Part shown: positions 38,017-49,553 of the stretch, one piece after another
Numbering within the stretch: position 1 is the first letter of the stretch
Layout: the number at the start of each line of letters is the position of its first letter
Origin: Macrostomum lignano
Taxonomy: Eukaryota
Length of the DNA: 63,097 nucleotides
NCBI GenBank assembly: GCA_002269645.1
Contig: NIVC01003022.1
Location: 1 to 63,097 of the forward strand
Reading direction: 5' to 3'
Notes under the pieces: model-generated
What the model saw: only the letters and a program-made list of their open reading frames with translations
Told to the model about the DNA's origin: nothing
Databases searched by the model: none
Made by a program: the position numbers and the translations under genes

Positions 38017-41000
38017 ATGCCGATTTTCGGTCCCCGCAAAAAGAAGGATAGCGCCAGGGACGCCTCCCAGATGGAGATCGGCCTGCCCACAGACGTCAAA
38101 AAGAACATTCACATAGAGATTGATCCCAGCACTGGGGAGTTCCGTGGCATCCCGGAGATGTGGCAGCGCTGGCTAGAGAATGAATTCGATGCAGACGCCA
38201 GACGCGAGAATCCGCAGCAGATTGTGAACGCGTTCAACTTGTTCAACGATAATGTTAATAAAATGGCTAAAGGCGACGTCAAGTACATGAACGTTGGCAG
38301 CGACGATAGCGGCTTGGCCACCGACTACAACGGCTCCAGGGAGGCGCTGAACGACACAGGGCGGGGACCCAGCCCGCCGCAGTCGCCGCCGCCGCCAGCT
38401 GCAGACAAGAAGCAGCAGCAGCAGCAACAGCAGACCGGGCAGGGCGATTCACCGGCGCCTGTCACAACGCACACACCGACCCCTGCCACTCGCCAGGTTG
38501 ACGAGACCGCCACCGCGGCGGCCTCCGCCGCTGCCATCTCGGCCGCCGCCGCCGCCAAAACCTCCGATTCCTCGTCAACAACCTCAGGCAATAAAACGCC
38601 GACAACGCCTTCGTCGAATCACGACGGCGCCGGCAAATCTGCCGCGCCTGCGGCGACGGCGACCGGCATTGATCACCATGGCAACGCTGCCGGGGCCGGT
38701 GGTGGAGCTGCCGGACCGGTGGCCACCCGGCGTAATCGAAAAAAGAAGATGACCGACGAGGAGTTCTACGGCGAATTGAAGTCTCTGCTGACATTCGGCG
38801 CCTACGAGGACAGCTACTCGCTGGAGAATAAGAAGCTGGGGTCCGGGTGAGTCAGCTGCATCTATTCAATTATCAACCCTGGTTCGATTCCCTGAAATCC
38901 CAAACCACAAAGAGTGTACACCCTGAGTGAGCGTGTCAGGTTAATGTTCTCATCCTAAGAGGTCGCAAGTTCGAGTTCGAGGACGTTTATAAAAAAAAAC
39001 ACAAAGTGCATTCTATAATTAGCAACATAAGCTCGTGTATGCATAAGTGACGCACAATAGGCTGTGTGGTGTGCCTGCTTCTGCTAAACGGAATGAATAA
39101 CACATTCACTGTATAGAAGTGTACAGTGAGCAATGGCCGCTATCTGTTGTTTCTCTTTCCATCTCTGCTCTGCGTACAATGCAATGTGAAAGTGAATACG
39201 GCAGCGCCTTGAAAATACTTAATTATCTATTTTCAAGTTCGTAGATTTTAGTATGTACAATGCGAGATATCGCCTCTCCTTCGGCTAAGCCCATCACTTG
39301 GATAGATTTTCAATCTAAATTTGTCAGCTAGCAGGTTGGCAGACTTGGCTAATGCATCTTATCTGTGTTGACGGTGCGCGCAGCCAGTCTAAAGCTTAGC
39401 TTTAGATCTATTGGGCCTTGTATAATTCCTTATTTAATCCATCTTTTTGCTCTGGCGAAATGGAAGGCCTATTGAAGTGTTTACTAAAATTTATAACTTC
39501 TCTTTAAGCTGCAAGCTCTTTCAGTTGTGTAAGTCTAAATATACAGATACCAAATTAGCTAATCCTGCTACCAAATCTGCCAACCCAGCTACCAAATCTG
39601 CCAATCCAGTCACCAAATCTGCCAATCCATCCACCAAATCTGCTAATCCAGCTACCAAATCTGCCAATCCAGTCACCAAATCTGCCAACCCAGCTACCAT
39701 ATCCGCTAATCCAGTCACCAAATCTGCCAATCCATCCACCAAATCTGCCAATCCATCCACCAAATCTACCAATCCAGTCACCAAATCTGCCAATCCATCC
39801 ACCAAATCTACCAATCCAGTCACCAAATATGCCAATCCATCCACCAAATCTACCAATCCAGTCACCAAATATGCCAATCCAGCCACCAAATCTGCCAACC
39901 CAGCTACCAAATCTGCCAATCCATCCACCAAATCTACCAATCCAGTCACCAAATATGCCAATCCATCCACCAAATCTACCAATCCAGTCACCAAATATGC
40001 CAATCCAGCCACCAAATCTGCCAACCCAGCTACCAAATCTGCTAATCCAGCCACCAAATCTGCTAATCCAGTCACCAAATCTGCTAATCCAGTCACTAAA
40101 TCTGCCAATCCACAAATCTGCCAATCCGCAAATCTGCCAATCCATAAATCTGCCAATCCACAAATCTGCCAATCCGCAAATCTGCCAATCCACAAATCTG
40201 CCAATCCGCAAATCTGCCAATCCATAAATCTGCCAATCCACAAATCAGCTAATCCAGCTACCAAATCCGCTAATCCAGCTACCAACTCCGCTAATCCAGC
40301 TACCAACTCCGCTAATCCAGCTACCAACTCCGCTAATCCAGCTACCAAATTCGCTAATCCAGCTACCAAATCCGCTAATCCAGCTACCAAATCCGCTCAT
40401 CCAGCTACCAACTCCGCTAATCCAGCTACCAACTCCGCTAATCCAGCTACCAACTCCGCTAATCCAGCTACCAAATTCGCTAATCCAGCTACCAAATCCG
40501 CTAATCCAGCTACCAACTCCGCTAATCCAGCTACCAACTCCGCTAATCCAGCTACCAACTCCGCTAATCCAGCTACCAACTCCGCTAATCCAGCTACCAA
40601 ATTCGCTAATCCAGCTACCAAATCTATTAAATCTTAGGCACCCAGCGCCCTTTATTCAGCAGATGTCGAAAGGGTTTAAATTTTCTTAAAACGTTGAAAA
40701 CGTCAGTAAGTAGGCAACACAGAAAGATGATTGAAATATTTGTGAATATTTCGGTGCTAAACAGAACACTGTTCATCATGTTTCAGCGGATGGCTTGCAG
40801 CTGTGCAATCGGATTGATAGTTAAACTACCTGGCCAAAAATTGAATGTACTTGATTTTGGTCGCTCTCTCCTCTTCTCTGCCACTGTACTGTGCATTTTG
40901 GCAGTGATAAGGAATCTTTTCAGATTTTAGTGTTTACTGGGCAGGCTTAAGTTGCCTTCCTGCAAATCGTCTGCATTGCATACGGCTGTGTATCTGCATA

Positions 41001-43325
41001 ACTTCTATCTATCAATGTATTTGTGTGTCATTTTGTACAAGGGTATAACCGGCTTTCATTTCCAGAATGCTTTCGGCTTTTCGCCTAGTTGAAATTGTTT
41101 TTCACACTGCTTCACTGGCATCTATCAGTTATTGTGCTGTCTTTACTTATATATTAGGTCTATCTAAGTATGGTTGCTTTTCGTTTCGGTATGAGTGTCT
41201 TGCTAAGTATTCGAATTGGGGTTCATTCAGGCTTGGGATTGGGGTTCATTCCTTCAGGCTTGGGGTTGGGGTTCATTCCTTCAGCCTTGGGGTTGGGGTT
41301 CATTCAGGCTTGGGATTGGGGTTCATTCCTTCAGGCTTGGGGTTGGGGTTCATTCCTTCAGGCTTGGGATTGGGGTTCATTCCTTCAGGCTTGGGATTGG
41401 GGTTCATTCCTTCAGGCTTGGGATTGGGGTTCATTCCTTCAGGCTTGGGATTGGGGTTCATTCCTTCAGGCTTGGGGTTGGGGTTCATTCCTTCAGCCTT
41501 GGGATTGGGGTTCATTCCTTCAGCCTTGGGATTGGGGTTCATTCAGGCTTGGGATTGGGGTTCATTCAGGCTTGGGATTGGGGTTCATTCAGGCTTGGGG
41601 TTGGGGTTCATTCCTTCAGGCTTGGGATTGGGGTTCATTCAGGCTTGGGATTGGGGTTCATTCAGGCTTGGGATTGGGGTTCATTCAGGCTTGGGGTTGG
41701 GGTTCATTCCTTCAGGCTTGGGATTGGGGTTCATTCATTCAGGCTTGAGGTTGGGGTTCATTAATTCAGGTTTTAGGGATTGGTGTTCATTCATTCAGGC
41801 TTGGAATTGGGGCTCATTAATTCAGGCTTGGGATTGGGCTTCATTCAGGCTTAGGATTGGGGTTCATTCATTTAGGCTTGGGGTTGGGGTTTATTCAGGA
41901 ATCAGGCCAGATAAGAGTTTATTCAGCTTCGTAGATAGTGATTCATTCAGGTATATTTATATTGGAGCTGTGGCATCGGGTTTCCTAAAAACAATGGCAA
42001 TATTATTATCCAACGCCGCTCCCTCCGCGCCAACCAAACAGGGCATCGGGCACAGTGAAGCTGGCCAGAGACCGCAAAACGCGCAAACTGGTGGCAATAA
42101 AATTCATGCAGCTGGCTAAGCAGCCAAAACGGGACATGATACTCACTGAGATTGCCGTCATGAAGAAGCTGCAGCACAAGAATATTGTCAACTACATCCA
42201 GTCCTATTGCGTTAATCAGCGTAGCGAGAGCGCCGAACTTCTAGTAGTCATGGAGTATCTTGACGGCGGCAGTCTGACTGACGTTGCCACGGAGACCATG
42301 ATGCAGGAGCCGATTATTGCCGGTGAGACATAAAAGCCATTTTACGCGTCTGCCTAACTTAAATAAGCAAATTCGTTCTCCTGGTTGGGCTACCAGTCAG
42401 AGAACCAGCTCGAGGAGATTGGGACTCTCCTGACCTTTGACCTCCCTTGACCTTTAACCTCCTCTTGACCTTTGACCTCCCTTAACCTTTAACCTCCCTT
42501 GACCTTTGACCTCCTGAGCTTTAACCTCCTATTGACCTTTGACCTCCCTTGATCCTCACACTAGAGAAGAATGAAAATCTTCAAAGCTCAAAGCTTCACA
42601 ATCTCGAGTCTTCACAAGCTCGAGTCTTCACAAGCTCGAGTTTTCACAATCTCGAGTCTTCACAAGCTCGAGTTTTCACAAGCTCGAGTTTTCATAAGCT
42701 CGAGTCTTCACAAGCTCGAGTCTTCACAAGCTCGAGTCTTCACAAGCTTGAGTCTTCACAAGCTCGAGTTTTCACAAGCTCGAGTCTTCACAATCTCGAG
42801 TCTTCACATGCTCGAGTTTTCACAAGCTCGAGTCTTCACAAGCTCAAAGCTTCATAATCTCAAAGCTTCACAATCTCGAGTCTTCACAAACTCGAAATTT
42901 TCATACCATCAAAATGATTTGAGCTTCAACGAGCTTGGGATAAATTCTTATCCAGCTAGTTTTGACCGCTTAACTCGCTTTGCGCCCGCTAAAATCCCCC
43001 CAGCCGTCACCCGCGAGTGCCTGGAGGCGCTGGAGTTTCTGCACGAGCACTACGTTATCCATCGCGACGTGAAGTCGGACAATGTCCTACTGGGGATGGA
43101 CGGCGAGGTCAAACTGACCGACTTCGGCTTCTGCGCCCAGCTGGGCGACCACAGCAGCACCAGGCAGACCATGGTTGGCACGCCCTACTGGATGGCGCCC
43201 GAGGTTGTCAACAGGACTGTCAGTTATAATAACAAGATTGACGTCTGGTCTCTCGGCATCATGGTCATCGAGATGGTTGACGGCGAGCCGCCCTACATGA
43301 ATGAGCAGCCTATCAAGGTTTGGCT

Positions 43326-43414
<89 letters not shown>

Positions 43415-43415
43415 G

Positions 43416-43496
<81 letters not shown>

Positions 43497-43599
43497 GCAT
43501 GCCTGGCTGTCTGTATGTCTGTCTGTCTGTCTGTCTGTCTTAGTGTCTTTGTCCGTGTCTGTCTGCCGTCTGTCTGTCTGTCTGTCCGTCTGTCCTAGG

Positions 43600-43651
<52 letters not shown>

Positions 43652-44095
43652 GTCTGTCTGCCTGTCTGCCTGTCTGTCTGTCTGTCTGTCTGTCTGTCTG
43701 CCTGTCTGTCTGTCTGTCTGTCTGTCTTAGTGTCTGTCTGTCTGTCTGTCTTAGTGTCTGTCTGTCTGTCTGTCTGTCTTAGTGTCTGTCTGTCTGTCTG
43801 TCTTAGTGTCTGTCTATCTGTCCGTCTCGCAGAAGGCAAGAAAGCTCGCATTTTCGCACTCCTGATTCCAGGCGATCTACCTGATTCAAACCAAGGGCAA
43901 GCCGGACTACAAAGACCCGGACAACATGTCGGCAGAAATGAAAGACTTCCTAGACAAGTGCCTGTCCGTTGACATTGCCAAGCGCCCCACCCCAACGGAG
44001 CTGCTGAGCCACCAGTTCCTGAAGAAGGCCTGCCCCTAGCCAAGCTCAAGGACTACATCCTGGCTGCCAGGAAGGTCACCGGTAAAACTTCTTGA
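38017..44095 (+). CDS. PAK: Group I p21-activated kinase (STE20 family)
   Basis: Exons 38017-38846, 42042-42322, 43004-43317 and 43872-44095 join in phase. PBD-like [33 protein letters not shown]|[61 protein letters not shown]. As assembled it stops at 44039; restoring one C at 44033-44036 gives the typical PAK tail [16 protein letters not shown] to the TGA at 44093-44095. Confidence 0.95.
39555..40625. repeat. 21-bp minisatellite in PAK intron 1
   Basis: Unit CCAGCTACCAA(A/C)TC(T/C)GCTAAT; the ATKSANP ORF is repeat-derived. Confidence 0.95.
41214..41895. repeat. 23/27-bp minisatellite in PAK intron 1
   Basis: Unit TTCAGGCTTGGG(A/G)TTGGGGTTCA(TTCC). Confidence 0.95.
42428..42552. repeat. 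TGACCTTTGACCT-type repeat in PAK intron 2
   Basis: At least four TGACCTTTGACCT plus T(G/A)ACCTTTAACCT variants. Confidence 0.85.
42590..42900. repeat. 16-bp repeat containing CTCGAG in PAK intron 2
   Basis: Unit CACAAGCTCGAGT(C/T)TT. Confidence 0.9.
43326..43825. repeat. (TCTG)n microsatellite in PAK intron 3
   Basis: Direct reading. Confidence 0.97.
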
Positions 44096-44744
44096 TTGCG
44101 CGCTTTGTCTATTCCGGCCGCTTATAACAAAGACTGCGCGGTAATGGAGATTGCACTGCTCACTGCAGGCCTTACATGATTCGGTCGCTCCTCCCACAAG
44201 CCCCTCTCTGCCCCTCTGGTTGGTTACAGTATTGCTATTTCTGTAACTTGTAAATGGTATCCAGTGAGGTACTATTAATTGTATAATCATCCACTGTAAT
44301 TATTGTATCGGCCCGTGTCTTTTTCCTTGCGCTTTTGAAAAATTAAATTTTCTTTCTACGTAAGTAACTGGTTAGTTTTTTATTTTAAAAAATCCATCGC
44401 TTCCAGTGATTAAAAGAATTCCCCAACTTAAATATTTGTGAGTTGGAATTTTTCATTTGAAATTTCTGAGTAATTTATTGAAGTAAATGTTATTGATTTT
44501 CTTGATGAAATGTACTTTTTATCCAGAATTTTAACTGGCTGGGTCTGGATATTCGCTTGCGTGAATTGCTCTTCTGATGTGTTCACTAATTGTTTGTTCT
44601 ATAATCAAAGAAATTTGCTGAACTTTAAACGCTAATATTACTACTTGCGTTAGTAGCCACTTGAGGAAACTGGCCATTTTTGCTACGCCAGGGCATTCGG
44701 CCATTTTATCAAGTAGGGAAACTAAAATTTACCGAGTTTTTCAA

Positions 44745-45060
44745 GCCCCACCCTCCTGACTTTCAGGACTGCTGCCCCCACCCTACTGACCTTCAGGACT
44801 GCTACCCCCACCCTACTGACCTTCACGACTGCTACCCCCACCCTACTGACCTTCAGGACTGCTGCCCCCACCCTCCTGACCTTCAGGGCTGCTGCCCCCA
44901 CACCTCTGACCTTCAGGGCTGCTGCCCCACCCTCCTGACCTTCAGGGCTGCTGCCCCACCCTCCTGACCTTCTGGGCTGCTGCCCCCACCCTCCTGACCT
45001 TCAGGGCTGCTGCCCCACACTCCTGACCTTCAGGACTGCCACCCCACCCTCCTGACCTCC
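44745..45060. repeat. ~30-bp minisatellite
   Basis: Unit CCCCACCCT(A/C)CTGACCTTCAGG(A/G)CTGCT. Confidence 0.9.
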
Positions 45061-45907
45061 GCTGTCCTGTCCTTCGGATCTGCCCTTCGGATTTAAAATG
45101 CTGTGTCCGGCTTTGAGATTGTGTTTTTGCTTTAATTTCCAAATTCTACACTAATAGTTTTGTATTGCTCTTGTTGACGATTAATTGAACTGTTAAAACC
45201 CAGTTTGTTTTATTTTACAGATATTTTTTATCGGTAACTCGTCCTGTTTTTCTTATTGCGCTTAATTCTTACCTTGTTAATTTTTCGCTCACTTGACAAC
45301 ATTCGCAGTAAAAGTTTTAGCTTTAACAATAATATTCGAGTTAATTAATTTTTGATACGAAAATGTCTACAACTCTTAGCCCTACTGTGAGTAGTTAAAA
45401 GCAGACTTTTGGTCCATGTATGAACGGCTGATTGTAGTAAGAAAGTATTCAATGTACTTTTAACACTGGCTGACTTTATATATGCTAATAAGTAGTAGTT
45501 TCTACGCATGTATGTCTATATTGTTCGGACATGTGCGGCTATTTTATCGTGTATGTTTAACCGTAGTTTTTTCCCAGCTTTTTGTGCGTTGCAAACGCAC
45601 ATGATAAATTCATTAAACGATACTGTTTGTTTTTACCTAAATTGTTGTGTTTGCATTGTTTTTTTTAAAGAAAAGAGTTGTTTTAATCTTGAATTTCTGG
45701 CTGTTTTGCTCACAGGCGGTTTGTTTACTGTTTTTTATATGCTGCACATTTGCGCACAAACTGCTTTATTTATATTGATTGAATCCGCCACTTTGTGTTG
45801 TACAAAGTAAGTTTTATGTACTGTTGTTCTTTTGTAGCTTAACCAGGGGCAGTTATTGCGCAATCGCTTTATATGAGGGTTTGGGGTTGACCAATTAGGT
45901 GGCTGTG

Positions 45908-46370
45908 TGGGTGTGGGGTTTGAGGTTGATGAGCAACAGTCAATCAGGTGGCAGTGTGGGGTGTGGGGGTTTGAGGTTGTTGAGCGACAGCCAATCAGGT
46001 GGCAGTTTGAGGTGTGGCGGTTTCAGGTTGTTGAGCGACAGCCAATCAGGTGGCAGTGTGGGTTGTGGGGTTTGAGATTGATGAGCAACAGCCAATCAGG
46101 TGGCAGTGTGGGGTTTGAGGTTGATGAGCAACAGCCAATCAGGTGGCAGTGTGGGGTTTAAGGTTGATAAGCAACAGCCAATCAGGTGGGAGTGTGGGGT
46201 TTGAGGTTGATGAGCAACAGCCAATCAGGTGGCAGTGTGGGGTTTGAGGTTGATGAGCAACAGCCAATCAGGTGGTAGTGTGGGGTTTGAGGTTGATGAG
46301 CAACAGCCAATCAGGTGGCAGTGTGGGGTTTGAGGTTGATGAGCAACAGCCAATCAGGTGGTAGTGGGGG
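45908..46370. repeat. ~43-bp minisatellite with one AGCCAATCAG per unit
   Basis: Unit GGGGTTTGAGGTTGATGAGCAACAGCCAATCAGGTGGCAGTGT, about 10 copies. Confidence 0.92.
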
Positions 46371-46934
46371 TGCAGGGTTGTGTCCATCATGTAATAGGAC
46401 TCTCACAATCGTTGCGTGTGTTGTGTTGTGTCCTGTAGGTTTTGTGAAAGATTTTTTTTACAATTTTTATAAGCCGCCAGTAAAATCAAGCTATAGTTCA
46501 TATTTATTCAATTGTACTTTCTGATTGTGCAGGCAGGCTATGTTTTGTCTGTCTGTGTGTTTTCTATCCGCCCGTCGGCCTGTTTTATTAATTTATTGCC
46601 TATTAACTAGCTATTCACTCTCGATCCATTTTGTGCGCGACTTTCGGTGAAACTATATGAAATTCAAATAAACTACAATGATCGATCCATAGACAAGTTA
46701 CCCCGGAGCCTGGTGGGCCCTCGGTCTTGGCTTTGACGGTGCCCGTTCTGGCTCTCTCTTAATGCTCTTGGCACTATATTTACAGTTTTGTGTGCTGCCG
46801 TTTGGTAGAAAAATATCTGAAATTCTAGCGGCTGGCTGGGGTGTTCTAAGTTCTTACCTTTTCATTTTATTGACTATTGAATTGAAGTTTTATTGTCGAC
46901 ATAACCTTGGCCATCGGTTATGCCTTTGTGTGCA

Positions 46935-47960
46935 TTCTATTAGTCAGTCCCCTCTGTCCCCCGTGTACATTCTATTAGTCACCCCCTCTGTTTCCCGTGT
47001 GCATTCTATTAGTCAGCCCCTCTGTCTCCCGTGTACATTCTATTAGTCACCCCCCCTGTCTCCGTGTACATTCTATCAGTCACCCCCCTCTGTCCCCGTG
47101 TACATTCTATTAGTCACCCCCCTCTGTCCCCGTGTACATTCTTTTAGTCACCCCCCTCTGTCCCCGTGTACATTCTATTAGTCACCCCCTCTGTCCCCCA
47201 TGTGTATTCTATTAGTCACCCCCTCTGTCCCCCATGTGTATTATATTAGTCAGCCTCTCTCCCTTGTTGTTTACATTCCATTAGTCAGCCCCCATTGTCC
47301 CTTCTGTACATTGTGACGCGACGCGGACAAGACTTGTTTTAGTTTGAACGATAATGCAGCGAACTGATATATTTGCTGAGTAGGAAAATCACAACGAAGA
47401 AAAGCTAGTTTCAGTTATTTAAATACGAAGTGGTATAAAACGATATTTGAGTTATCGATAAAATTTAGAGTAGAAAGTACGTTATGTACGCATTGATGTA
47501 CGCATGAGTGGGGTGCACGCTTGGCATGGAAAGCAGGGTACAAAATGAGTCAAAGTTTAATAGCTAGCCAGTCAGCGACAACCCCCCAATACGTCACATT
47601 GTATCAGTTAGCCCCCCCACTGTCCCTTCTGTACATTGTATTAGTCAGCCCCCCCACTGTCCCTTCTGTACATTGTATTAGTCAGTCAGCTGCCCACTGT
47701 CCCTTCTGTACATTGTATTAGTCAGCCCCCACTGTCCCTTCTGTACATTGTATTAGTCAGCCCTCTCCCTTCTGTACATTGTATTAGTCAGCCCCCACTG
47801 TCCCTTCTGTACATTGTATTAGTTAGCCCCCACTGTCCCTTCTGTACATTGTATTAGTCAGCCCCCCACTGTCCCTTCTGTACATTGTATTAGTCAGCCC
47901 CCACTGTCACTTGTGTACATTCCATTAGTCAGCCCCCGCTGTCCCCCGTGTACATTCAGT
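46935..47960. repeat. ~32-bp minisatellite interrupted by a 283-bp insertion
   Basis: Unit TGTACATT(C/G)TATTAGTCA(C/G)CCCCC(A/T)CTGTCCC on both sides of 47314-47596. Confidence 0.9.
47314..47596. mobile_element. Probable solo LTR (or small TIR element), 283 bp
   Basis: Starts TGACG and ends CGTCA; flanked by CATTG at 47309-47313 and 47597-47601. Removing it restores a normal minisatellite unit. Confidence 0.65.
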
Positions 47961-48732
47961 ATATACTCGTAATATCGGTCAATCCTCTGTCTCTTGCACA
48001 GAACTTGCATTTCGGAGTCATATACATAGACTGATTGAGCATTCTGTGTAAGTTCTGTGGTCTACTGGTCTAATCAAGTAGTTAATTAGCGAATCGAAAT
48101 ATTAAGTTGATAAATTTCGAATAATAAGCTGCAAAGAAGCAATAGTTAATTGGTTCGTATATTTCGCCAATATTGATGATTGATAAATTGTAACATTTTT
48201 TTCCAGCCAATGCTAGTTTCCTCACCTGTTTTGGGTGGACATGAATTGATTGCTCTGGGCCTGCGGGAGACTTGGCTTTTGGCAGGTGAATTTCAATTAA
48301 AAGCTTTTAACAGTTTGGGCAGTTTACAGTTAAATTGGTATAGTATCACTAGGCATTTACAGTTATTAGAAGCAATAAATTAAAGATTAACTAACAGGAA
48401 ATTGATTAACGAATGAGTATTCATCATTTAAACTACTGATCAGGCGAATCGGTGAGTAGTATTATTAGTCCGACATTTTTATTATTTGCTTCAGTCCAGA
48501 TGCTCAGCGGTGGTAATTTCTCTCGAATACATTTTTAATTGGCTTCTGTACTTGGAACTGGAGTGGCTGGATTGATGAAGTAGGGAAGAGAAATTGTCAG
48601 CTAATTTGGGAGACATTTCACTCTCTGTCACTTTTAATTACTTTTCGATTTAGTTATGCTATTAGTCCCCATTGGGCCATTCGCGTGTGTGGCCAAGTTA
48701 ACTGCTCACTTACTATGACTCAATCCCCACAC

Positions 48733-49305
48733 CATCTCCCCTATCCACTGTAGCATCTCCCCTATCCACTGTAGCATCTCCCCTATCCACTGTAGCATCT
48801 CCCCTATCCACTGTAGCATCTCCCCTATCCACTATAGCATCTCCCCTATCCACTATAGCATCTCCCCTATCCACTATAGCATCTCCCCTATCCACTGTAG
48901 CATCTCCCCTATCCACTGTAGCATCTCCCCTATCCACTGTAGCATCTCCCCTATCCACTGTAGCATCTCCCCTATCCACTGTAGCATCTCCCCTATCCAC
49001 TGTAACATCTCCCTTATCCACTGTAACATCTCCCTTATCCACTGCAGCATCTCATTATCCACTGTAGCATCTCCCCTATCCACTGTAACATCTCCCTTAT
49101 CCACTGTAGCATCTCCCCTATCCACTGTAGCATCTCCCCTATCCACTATAGCATCTCCCCTATCCACTGTAGCATCTCCCCTATCCACTGTAGCATCTCC
49201 CTTATCCACTGCAGCATCTCATTATCCACTGTAGCATCTCCCTTATCCACTGTAGCATCTCCCTTATCCACTGCAGCATCTCATTATCCACTGTAGCATC
49301 TCCCT
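48733..49305. repeat. 21-bp minisatellite
   Basis: Unit CATCTCCCCTATCCACTGTAG. Confidence 0.95.
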
Positions 49306-49553
49306 ATTCTCCCGCATCTCCCGCATCCCTACATCTCCCACTGTACATACCTAATGTACAAAAGTCTCTGAGCTCTGCATATCAAGAAACATCGGACTAA
49401 AGCAACAAAATGGACAACAGGCTTAACATCGAATTGACAGACTGAAAACAAATAGCAAATTGTAGATAAAGTCTATTTAAAGTTAGTCCTAGTTATAATA
49501 TTAATAAGTCTAAATGGGTTATGTAATAAAAGCAGTGGTCTGCCGATTGCCGC

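Noticed and set aside
38878-38985. tRNA gene or tRNA-derived SINE (GGTTCGATTCC at ~38881; GAGGTCGCAAGTTCGAG at ~38960)
   Set aside because: B-box-like matches only; no A box at proper spacing and no cloverleaf could be folded.
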